Source of the DNA: an uncultured Myxococcales bacterium
GTDB lineage: Bacteria > Myxococcota_A > Polyangia > Palsa-1104 > JAEUJZ01
NCBI GenBank assembly: GCA_964554495.1
Contig: CAZKOY010000004.1
Location: 18,128 to 82,127 of the forward strand
Direction of reading: 5' to 3'
Length of the DNA stretch: 64,000 nt
The notes under the pieces were generated by a model. It worked only from the letters and a program-made list of their open reading frames with translations, made no database searches and was not told the origin of the DNA. Below, one piece after another: positions 1-9,928 of this stretch. The translations under genes were made by a program, and so were the position numbers. Every line of letters starts with the position of its first letter. The stretch's first letter is position 1.

Positions 1-1985
1 GGCTCGACGGGGCCACTGGCCAGCGTCTGATCGATCAGACGTGGTGCCACGCTGCGGCTGTGCGGCAAGAGTCCCTCTTCAAAGCCGCACATAAACACCA
101 CCCGGAATTCCAAGCCCTTGGAGCCGTGCAGTGTCGACAGCGTGACTTCATCGCGCAGCTCGTCTTCGGCGTCGGCATCCTGCGAAGACAAGGACAGCTT
201 CTGCAGGTGCGCGTGCAGATTGAAGCTGGGGCCTTCGCGTTCGGCATTGCGCGAAAGCGACTGCACGAATTCGTCAAGGTTGCGCAGGCGGCGCTCGGCG
301 ACCAAGCGCGTCGGGCCGCTGCGAATCAGCTCGTCTTGCATGCCCATGTCGCGCAGGTACGACGTGCAGTGTGCGTGCAGACCGCCGCTGTGCAGGGCAG
401 CCGGCAAGCCCGTGCGATAGCGCTGCACGACATCGACGAAGCGCCCCAGCGCGGCCAGCGTCCGTGGCGCGATCGTGTCGTCTGCTGCCTCGCCTGCCTC
501 GCTTGCTTCGTCTACGCTGGCACGTCGTGTGGCACCCGCGGCCGAGACCTTGGCAGACACCGATAGCTCGCCGAAAAGATCGCTCTCGCGCTCGTGCGAC
601 AGCGCCAAAAGGACATCCCACAGCGACAAGCTCGCCTGGCGCTTCTGGGCGCGGCGATGGCCTTGGCTCAAGCGCTCGATGGCCTTGGGACCCAAGCCGC
701 GCGGCGGATAGTTGATGATGCGGCGCAGCGCCAGCTCGTCGTGAGGAAAGACCAAGAGCTTTAGATACGCCGTCGCGTCTTTGATCTCGCGGCGATCAAA
801 GAAGGCCTGGCCGCCGACCACGCGATACGCGATGCGCGCCTGCCGCAGCGCTTCTTCAACGGCAGCGGTCTGCGAGTTGCTGCGGTACAAGATCGCGAAG
901 TCGCGCAGCTGATAGCGCTCTTCGGCGCCCAGGCGATCGATCTCGGCCGCGATGCACTCGGCCTCGGCTTTTTCGTCGGGGCAGGCGACGACATCGATCA
1001 GCGCGCCGCCCGGCTGCGCGGTCCACAGCGTCTTTTCGTGGCGGCTTGGGTTGTTGGCGATCACTGCGTTGGCCGCGCTCAGCACCACCGCCGTCGAGCG
1101 ATAGTTCTCTTCCAGCTTGATCACCTGAGCGCCAGGGAAGTGCTTGGAAAACTGCAAGATGTTGCGGCTTTCGGCGCCACGCCAGCCATAGATCGACTGA
1201 TCGTCATCGCCGACCACTGCCAGGTTATTGCGCGGCGCAGCGAGCAAGCGCAGAAGATCGAGCTGACAGCGGTTGGTGTCCTGATACTCATCGATCATCA
1301 GGTACTGAAAGCGCTGCTGCCAGCGACGCCGCACGTCTTCGTGATCTTGCAAAAGGCGCAGCGTCTCGACGAGCAGATCGTCGAAGTCAAAGGCGCACAG
1401 CGCTCGCATGCGCGCCTGATAGCGCGGGTAGATCTCGGCCGTGAAGCTGTCGTATTCGTGGACGAAGCGAGCGCGCTTCACCTGCTCGATGAACTGCTGC
1501 GGTGAAAGCCCGCCGTTCTTGCAGCGACTGATGCGCGACAAGACCGCCTTGATGTCAAGCTTGCGACCCGCGATATGGGCATCGCGCAGCACATCGCGAA
1601 TGACGCCAATCTGATCGGCCGTGTCATAGATCGAAAAGCCGCTGTGCAGGCCCAGCGTCGCCGCTTCGGCTTTCAAAAGCAGAAGCCCCAGCGAGTGAAA
1701 GGTCGAAAGCGTAAGCCCTCGCGCCCACGATGCCGGACGACTGCGGTCGCCGGTTGCGGCCAGCAGGCGCTCGACGCGCTCGCGCATCTCGTCGGCGGCC
1801 TTGTTGGTGAAGCTCACGGCCAAGATGTTTTCCGGGCGCACGCCGCGCTCTAGCAGATAGACGATGCGATAGGTGATGACGCGCGTCTTGCCCGAGCCCG
1901 CACCGGCCAAGACCAGAAGCGGCCCTTCGGTCGTCGTCACCGCTTGCCGCTGCGGTGGGTTCAAATCACTCAGCCGAATGCCCAT
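1..1985 (-). CDS. UvrD/PcrA/Rep-family ATP-dependent DNA helicase, N-terminal ~660 aa (C-terminus lies beyond the left edge)
   Basis: Not in the ORF track because there is no stop inside the window. Hand translation of the minus strand from ATG 1985-1983 gives MGIRLSDLNPPQRQAVTTTEGPLLVLAGAGSGKTRVITYRIVYLLERG (Walker A GAGSGKT). Further on come LMIDEYQDTN, AVVGDDDQSIYGWRGA and KLEENYRS. The frame stays open down to nt 3 (...LIDQTLASGPVE). Confidence 0.9.
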   Translation of the reverse strand, partial: MGIRLSDLNPPQRQAVTTTEGPLLVLAGAGSGKTRVITYRIVYLLERGVRPENILAVSFTNKAADEMRERVERLLAATGDRSRPASWARGLTLSTFHSLGLLLLKAEAATLGLHSGFSIYDTADQIGVIRDVLRDAHIAGRKLDIKAVLSRISRCKNGGLSPQQFIEQVKRARFVHEYDSFTAEIYPRYQARMRALCAFDFDDLLVETLRLLQDHEDVRRRWQQRFQYLMIDEYQDTNRCQLDLLRLLAAPRNNLAVVGDDDQSIYGWRGAESRNILQFSKHFPGAQVIKLEENYRSTAVVLSAANAVIANNPSRHEKTLWTAQPGGALIDVVACPDEKAEAECIAAEIDRLGAEERYQLRDFAILYRSNSQTAAVEEALRQARIAYRVVGGQAFFDRREIKDATAYLKLLVFPHDELALRRIINYPPRGLGPKAIERLSQGHRRAQKRQASLSLWDVLLALSHERESDLFGELSVSAKVSAAGATRRASVDEASEAGEAADDTIAPRTLAALGRFVDVVQRYRTGLPAALHSGGLHAHCTSYLRDMGMQDELIRSGPTRLVAERRLRNLDEFVQSLSRNAEREGPSFNLHAHLQKLSLSSQDADAEDELRDEVTLSTLHGSKGLEFRVVFMCGFEEGLLPHSRSVAPRLIDQTLASGPVE

Positions 1986-2062
1986 CGGCCGGCAGCTTAT
2001 CGCTCCCCCTGCGCAAGGCGATTCCTTTTGCTTCCCCCGTCGAGATTTGACTAGACTTAACT

Positions 2063-3595
2063 GTGCCCAAAGACCCTGTCAGTCGCGGGCCGTTCCCTGG
2101 GGGCGGCATCTCGCGCTTTGGCGATGACGACATCACGCCACTGCCCGCGCCTGTGCCGCTTGGAGCCGCATCGGCACCCGTCCAAGTGACGGTGCTGCCT
2201 TCGGCGGTGACGCCGGTCGCCACGCCGGCTGTGCGCCCGGCCTTTCCCGAGCGGCAGACACCGCGGGCTGGTGTGCGACCGCCACCGGGGCTTGTGCCTG
2301 CGGCGGACCGGCCGCTCTCGCCCGCCGTCTTTGTCGTCGAGCTGCCACCGGCTGGCGATCTGTCGCAGTTCGATGCGCCGCGCATTGTGGCCTGGGCGGT
2401 GGCGACGAACTACAGCGGCTGCCTGTGGCTGGCGCCGCAGCCTCTGTCGTCCGGTGGACCGATCCCCAGCGACGGAAATAGCCGATCCATCCCGCCGGAA
2501 TTCGCACCCGCCGAGAGCGCGCATGGCGCCGCGGGCCTGGGGCCGAGCACGCCGGACATGGCCCCGCACCGCGAGCTGTACTTTGAAAACGGCGCGCTGA
2601 TCGGCGCGTTTTCGACGGTGCCGGACGATGGCTTGGTCGACTATCTGGGGCCTCTGTGGTCGCGACCGCAGCTGCAGCGGGCGCGCTATCTGCTAAGCGA
2701 TGTGCCGCTGCATCGTCCTCACCAGCAGTTGGGCCGCTTGGTCGAAGCACAGCTTCTGCCGCGCGGCGCCGCCATGGGCCATCTTTTGAGCTATGTGCGC
2801 GAGCTATGCAGTCGCGCGGTGGCCATCGGACCGGGGCGGTATCGCGTGCTGGCGCGGGCCATCACGCGCGATGAAAAGCTCGATCCGCCGCTGCCGGTGC
2901 GTCGCTTGATCGTCGAAGGTCTGCGCAAGAGCGCCGAGCTGGCCTTTCTGCAGCGCCGGCTGGGCTCGGTGAATGCGCGGCTGCGACCCACGGCGGTGAT
3001 CGGCGCCACCGAGGGCGGAGCCGCGCTCAGCGACATTGGGCTGAGCAGCGCAGAGGAGCTAGCTCTGACGCTGTTCGACGGGCAGCAGACGCTGAACGAC
3101 ATCATGCGCAGGACGGGTCTGGGCGAGCACGCGGTGTACGTGCTGGCGTACTCGCTGGTCTGCCTGGGGACGCTGGCCGTGTCGGGGACAGCGACGGGGG
3201 CGCGAGCCTTGGCGGCGTCGCTGGGCGTGGGACTGGGCCTTTCCGGGACGCCCAAGTCATCGCCCAAGCTGTCGCCGGGTCCGAAGTCGTCGCCCGCGAT
3301 TCAGCAGAACGAAGCCGAGCTGTGCGTGCGTCGCATTCAGCAGGTGTATCGCTTGGTCGAAGACGGGGACTACTTCGCGCTTTTGGATCTGTCGCCGAAC
3401 GCGACGACGGCGGAAGTGCTGCGCGCCCATCAAGCGCTGCGCGGCGAGCTGCACGCGCCCAGCCTGCCGTACCGCGCCCGCACCAGCATGGATCGCGAGC
3501 TGCGGCACATCGCCCGCGCCCTGGACGAAGCCCGCATCGTGCTGGGCAATGAAGACCTGCGCCGGGCCTACGCCCAGGGCCTCACCAGCTCATAG
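2063..3595 (+). CDS. Pro/Ala-rich protein with DUF4388-like middle region and C-terminal J-like domain lacking HPD
   Basis: 510-aa ORF with GTG start. ELYFENGALIGAFSTVPDDGLVDYLG resembles DUF4388. The C-terminus DYFALLDLSPNATTAEVLRAHQALRGELHAPSLP...LGNEDLRRAYAQGL follows the DnaJ J-domain layout but has HAP where HPD is expected. Confidence 0.6.
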   Translation: MPKDPVSRGPFPGGGISRFGDDDITPLPAPVPLGAASAPVQVTVLPSAVTPVATPAVRPAFPERQTPRAGVRPPPGLVPAADRPLSPAVFVVELPPAGDLSQFDAPRIVAWAVATNYSGCLWLAPQPLSSGGPIPSDGNSRSIPPEFAPAESAHGAAGLGPSTPDMAPHRELYFENGALIGAFSTVPDDGLVDYLGPLWSRPQLQRARYLLSDVPLHRPHQQLGRLVEAQLLPRGAAMGHLLSYVRELCSRAVAIGPGRYRVLARAITRDEKLDPPLPVRRLIVEGLRKSAELAFLQRRLGSVNARLRPTAVIGATEGGAALSDIGLSSAEELALTLFDGQQTLNDIMRRTGLGEHAVYVLAYSLVCLGTLAVSGTATGARALAASLGVGLGLSGTPKSSPKLSPGPKSSPAIQQNEAELCVRRIQQVYRLVEDGDYFALLDLSPNATTAEVLRAHQALRGELHAPSLPYRARTSMDRELRHIARALDEARIVLGNEDLRRAYAQGLTSS

Positions 3596-3657
3596 CCACC
3601 TTACGCCTTGGGGGGACGAGACGCGTTCTGCGCGCTGCCCGCCATTTGTCCTAGAAT

Positions 3658-3664
3658 TCACCGT
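3658..3664. repeat. Left copy of 7-bp direct repeat TCACCGT, abutting the ATG of the low-GC gene
   Basis: Sequence reads gaatTCACCGT|ATGcag at 3654-3670. An identical heptamer follows the TAA at 4694-4700. Confidence 0.8.
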
Positions 3665-4693
3665 ATGCAGACGTTCAAGCTCGTCTCTAGTGGAGTGGTC
3701 CTTTCTTTGCTCGCACTACTGACAGATGCGATTGCGGGATACTGTCTGATGCAATATGTGCGTTCTATGAAGTACAGTACGGTAATTGGGAAAGTGACGC
3801 ATGGAGAAGTCGTCGACACGTCAAGCGATGATTCGATGCGTTATGAGCCAAGATTCAAATATGAATATGAAATTGGTGGACAGCATTTTATCGGGACTCG
3901 ATATCGTTATATAGTTGAAAGCTTTAATAAAGCGGAGGATGCGGCGGCGCTCGTAAAACAACTACCTGTTGGTTCGCAGGTCCTTGTTTTTTATGATCCA
4001 CATGCGAAAACCGATTCCGTTTTGAAGCGCGACATTAGTGAACGAGAGCTGCTTACGTTGCTGTTGATTCTTCCTGTCAATGTCGTTCCGCTGGCGGTCT
4101 GGGTCGCCCTCGCGCGGAGGCTTCGTGAGCGAGAGCGGAATCGAGAGACCGGCGGCCTGCCTGTCCTGCGAGCTGGCGACGAAGTACGCGTGCGAATCAT
4201 GCGCTATTCGCCCTGTACATACGGTGCCATTGCGACGTCCTGTACGGCCCTGTTGGCCGCGGTGCTCGGGGGGGCGCTAGGCCGAGAAGCGCCCACCGGC
4301 TGGGCCCTTCCCTGTACCGTATTTTTGATGACTTTGGCGGTCGGTGGGTATGCCATCTTTCATCAACGAGAGAAGCAAGAATCTGGTATTTACGATTTGG
4401 TTATTAATAAATCAACACAACGCATTAAGTTTCCAGAAACTGCCAGGCAATTTAAACAAGTTGCTCTGCCTTTGGCTGCGGTCGCTGCCGTTCGAGTTGA
4501 GCTGCATGAGGACGATTGCAGTGAAGCCGAAGTCAGGTATCGCAATGTGATTCTTCTCAAAGACCCTTCTCAGTCTGTCACCATATGCCATTGGTTGAGC
4601 GAATCAGAATCATCACAGCTTGCCGACTGGCTTAAAGAAGAGCTGGGGGTTCCGCGTAATCTCTTCCGCCAGGTTGCTCATCAAACGACATAA
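3665..4693 (+). CDS. DUF3592-like multi-pass membrane protein, compositionally foreign (low GC)
   Basis: ORF track 3608-4693; the most plausible start is ATG 3665 (MQTFKLVSSGVVLSLLALL = TM1). IGKVTHGEVVD...YEPRFKYEYEIGGQHFIGTRYRY...VLVFYDPHAKTDSVL fits the DUF3592 pattern. Three further hydrophobic helices follow. Codon usage is rich in aaa/ttt/tat/att/gaa, unlike the flanking genes. Confidence 0.7.
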   Translation: MQTFKLVSSGVVLSLLALLTDAIAGYCLMQYVRSMKYSTVIGKVTHGEVVDTSSDDSMRYEPRFKYEYEIGGQHFIGTRYRYIVESFNKAEDAAALVKQLPVGSQVLVFYDPHAKTDSVLKRDISERELLTLLLILPVNVVPLAVWVALARRLRERERNRETGGLPVLRAGDEVRVRIMRYSPCTYGAIATSCTALLAAVLGGALGREAPTGWALPCTVFLMTLAVGGYAIFHQREKQESGIYDLVINKSTQRIKFPETARQFKQVALPLAAVAAVRVELHEDDCSEAEVRYRNVILLKDPSQSVTICHWLSESESSQLADWLKEELGVPRNLFRQVAHQTT

Positions 4694-4700
4694 TCACCGT
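4694..4700. repeat. Right copy of 7-bp direct repeat TCACCGT, abutting the TAA stop of the low-GC gene
   Basis: Sequence reads acaTAA|TCACCGTgctgcc at 4688-4706. Confidence 0.8.
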
Positions 4701-4729
4701 GCTGCCACGTCTCCTACTTCGAGGTTCCG

Positions 4730-6364
4730 ATGTCTGAGTTCGATCGACGCACCACGCCCCCAATCGACGCGCTCGCTGTGCCGTGGGCGGGCCGCGTCTC
4801 GCTGGTGGAACACCTGCAGGCGCACCTTTTGCCAGACGATGCGGGGCTCAGCGCGGCGGGCCAGGCGCTGCCCGACGAGCAGCAGGTAACGCCCGAGACC
4901 CTGCGCTGGGCACCGGGGGCGCTCGACGGCGTGATGTCGCATCACGTGGCGGGCAAGGACGATCTGGCCGAGCAGGTGCAGATCCTCACATCGGCGCTGT
5001 ATGACTGTGCGCGGTCGGACACAGACGACGTGGCCATCGCCAAGCTCGCGGGACTGTACGCGCTATTGCGCGAGACGCGGGCGCTGCAGGTCGTCGATGC
5101 TCTGAGCGAGCGCATCGTCGAGGAACGGGCCATTCCCCCGCACGCAGTACATGGTATCGCGCGCTATTTGGTCGAGGTCGCGGCCGATCGCGAGCCGCTC
5201 AAGCTGGGCCTTGCTCTGCTTGGCTTGGTGGCGCAGCCCGAGGACGAAGAGCTTCTGGTGGTCGCTGGCTCGCACGATGAGTTCACGCTGTTTGCCGCCG
5301 TGGCTTTGATGCAGTCGCAGCCCGATCCGCTGCCGGCGCTGTGGCGCTTGGCGCGACGGGTACACGGCTGGGGACGCATCCACGTGATCGAGCGCTTGGC
5401 GCGCATCGACGAGCTACCCGATGCGCTGCGTGACTGGCTGCTTTGCGAGGGCTATCGCAACGACGTGATGATCGAATACACCGCGCTTTTGTGCGCCCAG
5501 GTCGGGCGACTGCAGGTGGCGCTGGATCGCGAGTCGGTCAGCGACGCGATCCTCGATGGGGCTGGCCAGATCCTAAGCGCGCTTTTGACGACGGGCGGCC
5601 CGGCCGCGACGATGGATGACTACGGCGATGGCGCGGCAGTGCTGTCGGCGTTTCTGCACCACGTCGAGCGGCGACCGGCGCGGCTCTTTGACTTTGGCGT
5701 CATCCGCGGCTTGCTCGACTGGCTCGACGACGAAGAAAACTGGCCCGAGCGGCAAGCGCGCGGCTTTTCTGCGGAATGGCGACGTGAGCTACGCGAGCGC
5801 TGCAGCGCGTTTCTGTCGCGTCCCGGCTGGCCGGCTCTGGTCTCGCAAGGGCTTTCGTCATCGGATCGGCAGATGTTTTTTCAAGCCGAGCAGGCGGCTC
5901 ACAGCCTTGGCATCGACTGCTTTGACGCGCACTTTGCCTGGCTGACCTCGAATCACGAGAGCCGGCGCAGTCATTACTATTCGCTGATGCAGGATGCGGA
6001 CCCGGCGCGCATCGATCGCGTGCTGGCCTTCGCCGAGCGCGATCTCGATCTGTCGACGATCGCCACAGGTCCCAGCCGGGCTCTGGCCATGGGTCCCGCG
6101 TTTGCGCAGCACAACGCGCTCGACTTCATCTTGCAGGCGCTGGATCGCTGGCCGGGGCGAGGCGTTCCGTTGGTGCGGGCGGGACTGCGCAGCCCGTCGA
6201 TCCGCAATCGCAACCTGGCGCTTTCGGTCTTTTGTGCGTGGCCGAAAACAAGCTGGCCAGACGACGCGATGTCGCTTTTGACGCAGGCGCTTGCCGATGA
6301 ACCCGATGCCGCGCTACGCGGTCGCTTGGAGACCTTTCTGCACGGCTCTGCGACGGCACCGTAA
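4730..6364 (+). CDS. Hypothetical all-alpha (HEAT/ARM-like repeat) protein
   Basis: 544-aa ORF with host-like GC, ATG preceded by gagg, 36 nt after the DUF3592 stop. Leu/Ala/Asp/Arg-rich helical composition with no catalytic motif I recognise. Confidence 0.6.
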   Translation: MSEFDRRTTPPIDALAVPWAGRVSLVEHLQAHLLPDDAGLSAAGQALPDEQQVTPETLRWAPGALDGVMSHHVAGKDDLAEQVQILTSALYDCARSDTDDVAIAKLAGLYALLRETRALQVVDALSERIVEERAIPPHAVHGIARYLVEVAADREPLKLGLALLGLVAQPEDEELLVVAGSHDEFTLFAAVALMQSQPDPLPALWRLARRVHGWGRIHVIERLARIDELPDALRDWLLCEGYRNDVMIEYTALLCAQVGRLQVALDRESVSDAILDGAGQILSALLTTGGPAATMDDYGDGAAVLSAFLHHVERRPARLFDFGVIRGLLDWLDDEENWPERQARGFSAEWRRELRERCSAFLSRPGWPALVSQGLSSSDRQMFFQAEQAAHSLGIDCFDAHFAWLTSNHESRRSHYYSLMQDADPARIDRVLAFAERDLDLSTIATGPSRALAMGPAFAQHNALDFILQALDRWPGRGVPLVRAGLRSPSIRNRNLALSVFCAWPKTSWPDDAMSLLTQALADEPDAALRGRLETFLHGSATAP

Positions 6365-6394
6365 GCGCTCGCGACGCAGCAAGAAAGCGGCTGG

Positions 6395-7852
6395 CTAGTT
6401 GGCCAAGAGATAGGCGATGAGCTGCCGCTTTTCGTCGTCGCGTAGATCGTTGCAGGTCTCGACATGTCCCTGATCGCCAAAGGGCATGTCGGTGCGCGTT
6501 GGGCGCGAGCTACCCAAGCAGAAGAGCTGTTCCAGCGAGTCGAGCGAGCCGTTGTGCAGAAAGCGCTGCTCGGAAAACAGGCCAACCAAGCGTGGCGACT
6601 TGATGCCGTGCGTCGGTGCGCTCTCGGGCGAGGCCGGAGCGCCGCAGCAAGGTGTGCCGCTGCCCGCAGGATCCAGCCAGGCTTGCAGGGCGCGCTCGCT
6701 GCCGATCTCGTCGAAGGTGTACACGCGCTTGCCGCTGCCGCGCGGGCCGTCGTGGCAGGTGCTGCAGCCGCGCTCGCTGAACACGCGCCGACCTTGCGCC
6801 ACGGTCGCCTCGTCGGGTGGTGCGGGATTCGCTGGCCGGCGCAGCGAGTACACATATTCCCAAAGCGGCGCGATCTTTTCCGTTGGCCAGGCCGCGACCA
6901 GCCCACCGCCGTACACGACGAAGGACTGGCAAAAATGTTCCAGGCTGTGCGTGTTGCCGGTCCAGCCCAGAAGCGCGTTTTTCATGCCGCTCGCCGCGAT
7001 CTCTGCGTTGCTTGGAAGCTCCCACAGCGGCGGGATCTTTGACACGGTGTGGACGCCATCGTTTACGGGCAGAGGCTCGATCAAGAAGTCCATGGTGCCG
7101 GCCCGCCACGCGGCATAGTGATCTTCCGCTGCAGCCGGAAACGCCGGGGCCTTGATACCGGCCAAAGACAGCGGCAGCACGGCGGCCACCAGCTTGTTCT
7201 TCAGCGCGGCATCGGCCTGGATGCGTGAAAGAAGCGGCTGTATGCGTGCGACGGCGCTTGCCGCATGCCCGGCAGGTCCCTGCAGTGCCACCGATGGTAA
7301 GACCGCGACCATTAGGTTCTGCAGGCCGTACTCATAGCGATGGTTGGGCGCTCCCACTGCGTAGCGACCGTCGGGAAGCTGCGCGAAGTGGCAGCTTGCA
7401 CAGGTAAAGGCCAGCGCGTCGACTTTGCCGCCAAGCTTGGCGGTCGGCACCATCCCCAGCGGCAGGTGCTGCGCCGAGTAGGGATCGGGCACCATGCCCA
7501 GCTTGGCGAAGCCGGCCCCGACGTCTTGCGGGAAGTTATCGAGGAGAAACCGCAGCAAGCTCTTGGGTACGCCTGCGGTGCCGAAGCTCTCGTAAAAGAA
7601 CATCGACTTGCCGCAGCGCAGACGGGCGGTGCGGTCCTGTTCGCGATCCGAGCCCGCGGGCGGCAGCGCAGAGCAGGCACCGTCGAGCGAGCCGCGTTCC
7701 AAGACCGTCTGCAGGTCGGCGTCGACATCGGCAAGAGGCGACGGCGGCCCGGAAAGGGGGCGCAGCGGATCGGGTGACTCGCGTGTCGGATCGCCGCAGC
7801 CAACAAGCTGGGCCACGACGAAAACCGCCCACGTTTTGCGTGAAAACGACAT
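6395..7852 (-). CDS. Di-haem cytochrome c peroxidase/MauG-like lipoprotein
   Basis: Two CxxCH haem-binding motifs ([16 protein letters not shown]) and a C-terminal [10 protein letters not shown]...[13 protein letters not shown] typical of the CCP family. The likely start is [22 protein letters not shown] (lipobox LVGC) at 7852, in frame with the track ORF 6395-7972. Confidence 0.8.
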   Translation of the reverse strand: MSFSRKTWAVFVVAQLVGCGDPTRESPDPLRPLSGPPSPLADVDADLQTVLERGSLDGACSALPPAGSDREQDRTARLRCGKSMFFYESFGTAGVPKSLLRFLLDNFPQDVGAGFAKLGMVPDPYSAQHLPLGMVPTAKLGGKVDALAFTCASCHFAQLPDGRYAVGAPNHRYEYGLQNLMVAVLPSVALQGPAGHAASAVARIQPLLSRIQADAALKNKLVAAVLPLSLAGIKAPAFPAAAEDHYAAWRAGTMDFLIEPLPVNDGVHTVSKIPPLWELPSNAEIAASGMKNALLGWTGNTHSLEHFCQSFVVYGGGLVAAWPTEKIAPLWEYVYSLRRPANPAPPDEATVAQGRRVFSERGCSTCHDGPRGSGKRVYTFDEIGSERALQAWLDPAGSGTPCCGAPASPESAPTHGIKSPRLVGLFSEQRFLHNGSLDSLEQLFCLGSSRPTRTDMPFGDQGHVETCNDLRDDEKRQLIAYLLAN

Positions 7853-8117
7853 GGGCCGGCATCTTAGGCCGCAAGCCATCGGGCTGAACAGAGGCCACGG
7901 CCAAGACCGCGCAGAGCCAGGCGGCCCAGCCTTGCCCAGCCCGTCGGGTGGCAGGTGGCCGATGCCGATCACGGGACGCGGCCGACGCTTGCCAGGCGGA
8001 TCGCGGCTGTGTTACCCGCTCTTGTTCTGCGAACAGACCGGGACACAAAAGCCAACCGCAAGAGCCACACACCACGTCCACCAGCCAGGCGGGCGCTTGC
8101 CCACACGGGAGTCTGCG

Positions 8118-8654
8118 ATGAGAGCCGTTGTCCAGCGCGTATCGCGTGCGGCGGTACGCGAACAAATTTCTACGGCCCTGGGTGTCTATCAGGACGGCGG
8201 CGCGGTCTTGGGTCAGATCGACCGCGGGCTGTGTGTGCTGCTTGGCATCGGGCAAGGCGATGAGCGAGCCGACGCCGAGTGGCTGGCGGACAAGGTGGCT
8301 GGTCTGCGTATATTTCCCGATGGCGCGGTCCGCGCAGAAGCCGGGACCAGCGGCGGCAAGGACATGAACCGCAGCTTGACCGAGGTCGGCGGCAGCCTGC
8401 TGGTCATCAGCCAGTTCACGCTGTACGGCGACGCCAGCAAGGGGCGGCGGCCTTCGTTTATCGGTGCCTTGCCTCCCGATCAGGCCGAGCCCTTGTACGA
8501 ACACTTTGTTGCGGCCTTGCGTCAGCTTGGGCATTCGGTGGCCACCGGCCGCTTCGGCGCGATGATGGCCGTCGAGATCGTCAACGACGGGCCAGTGACG
8601 CTGCTGCTCGATTCGGCGCTGGGTCGCGGCAAGCCAGCCCGAGGTGAAGCATGA
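8118..8654 (+). CDS. dtd: D-aminoacyl-tRNA deacylase
   Basis: [13 protein letters not shown]...[12 protein letters not shown]...[12 protein letters not shown]...GRRPSF...[17 protein letters not shown]. Classic Dtd length and SQFTL motif. ATG 8118 is in frame with track ORF 7608-8654. Confidence 0.9.
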   Translation: MRAVVQRVSRAAVREQISTALGVYQDGGAVLGQIDRGLCVLLGIGQGDERADAEWLADKVAGLRIFPDGAVRAEAGTSGGKDMNRSLTEVGGSLLVISQFTLYGDASKGRRPSFIGALPPDQAEPLYEHFVAALRQLGHSVATGRFGAMMAVEIVNDGPVTLLLDSALGRGKPARGEA

Positions 8655-9928
8655 GGCGAGCGCTGGGTCGTATGGGGCGGACTTGGCAGCGACTCGGTGG
8701 GCTGAGCCTGGCGCTCGCGTCGCTTGTGCCGTCGTCTGCGGCAGCGTCGCTGCCCGAGCTATTTGGCCTGGGTGGGCGAGTGAGCGCGATGGCCAACACA
8801 GGCGCGGCGTACGCGACGGGCTTTGACGCCGCCTATGCCAACCCGGCGGGCCTCTGGCAGAGCGGCCGACAGCTGACGCTGGGAACGGTCTACGGCGGCT
8901 ACGGCCTGTCGCTGCGCAGCCCGCAGGATGGCAGCACAAGCCCCCACCCGATCGACCCGACATCGGGCCTGATCATCGGCGGCAGCTTCACCTTGCCGCT
9001 CGGCGGAGTGCTGAAAGATCGCATCGGCACAGCGCTCGCTTTGTATACGCCGTTTGGCCTGATCAACCGCGCGCAGGATCCGTTCCCCGACGTGCCGCGG
9101 GCGCCGGTCTTGGACGGACGCTCGCAAGTGGTGTCGGTGCTGCTTGGTGCTGGGGTGCGCTTGCCAGGCGGATTTTCCGTCGGTGGCGGTGCGCTGGCTT
9201 TGGCGGCACTGGTCGGCACGATCACCATCACGCCCGATGGCAGCGGCCGCATCACGTCGATCTCGGAACAACAGCTGACCGTCGATTACGCGCCGATCTT
9301 GGGAGTGCGCTGGCAGGGCCTGGGCGATCGCCTCGCGCTGGGCGCGGTGTTTCGCGGTGCCTCGCGCTCGTCGTATCGCCTGACGGTCAGCACCAAGCTG
9401 GGTGACGCGCTGCCCATCGAACTGCCGCTGATTTACTTTGCCGGGTCGGCTCAGTACGACCCGCTGCAGCTTGGCATGGAAGCCGCGGCGCGGCTGCGCC
9501 CGTCGCTGCTTTTGGTGGCGCAGCTCACGTGGAAGCACTGGTCGGCGTATGAGTACCCGGTCTTGCCAGCGACCAAGAGCGCCGCGATGCTGCCGGTGCC
9601 CGGCTTTCACGACACGCTGGTGCCGCGACTGGCCATCGAAAAGACCCTGGCTCTGGGCGGCTGGGGAGAGCTGTCGCTGCGCGGCGGCTATCAGTTCGAG
9701 TGGAGCCCGGCGCCGGATCCGCCGGCCCCGCCGCCCAAGCCCGAGTCGCGACCGTCGAACTTGCACGACGCCGACCGCCACATCGTGTCAGCCGGTCTGG
9801 GCCTGCGCTTCATCGGGCGGCTGCCGCTGACTCTTGATGTCTTTGGTCAGGGGCATATCTTGGGGCCGCACTCGACGCTGTCGGGCGGCCTGGGTGTACT
9901 CGGCGCGGTCCTGGGGTATCAGCTATGA
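8651..9928 (+). CDS. FadL/OmpP1/TodX-like outer-membrane beta-barrel protein (paralogue 1)
   Basis: Signal peptide ([13 protein letters not shown]), then [31 protein letters not shown], the N-terminal signature of FadL-type transporters. The start overlaps the dtd stop (ATGA). Confidence 0.7.
   Translation: MRRALGRMGRTWQRLGGLSLALASLVPSSAAASLPELFGLGGRVSAMANTGAAYATGFDAAYANPAGLWQSGRQLTLGTVYGGYGLSLRSPQDGSTSPHPIDPTSGLIIGGSFTLPLGGVLKDRIGTALALYTPFGLINRAQDPFPDVPRAPVLDGRSQVVSVLLGAGVRLPGGFSVGGGALALAALVGTITITPDGSGRITSISEQQLTVDYAPILGVRWQGLGDRLALGAVFRGASRSSYRLTVSTKLGDALPIELPLIYFAGSAQYDPLQLGMEAAARLRPSLLLVAQLTWKHWSAYEYPVLPATKSAAMLPVPGFHDTLVPRLAIEKTLALGGWGELSLRGGYQFEWSPAPDPPAPPPKPESRPSNLHDADRHIVSAGLGLRFIGRLPLTLDVFGQGHILGPHSTLSGGLGVLGAVLGYQL

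Noticed and set aside
7536-8963. 475-aa minus-strand ORF spanning the cytochrome-peroxidase 5' end, the intergenic region, dtd and the first OMP gene
   Set aside because: It is Arg/Ala/Pro/Gly-rich low-complexity translation, antisense to genes with unmistakable family motifs (dtd SQFTL, FadL hatch). This is a typical GC-rich shadow ORF.
8759-9781. 340-aa minus-strand ORF
   Set aside because: It is antisense to FadL-like paralogue 1 and extremely Arg/Gln-rich. Shadow ORF.
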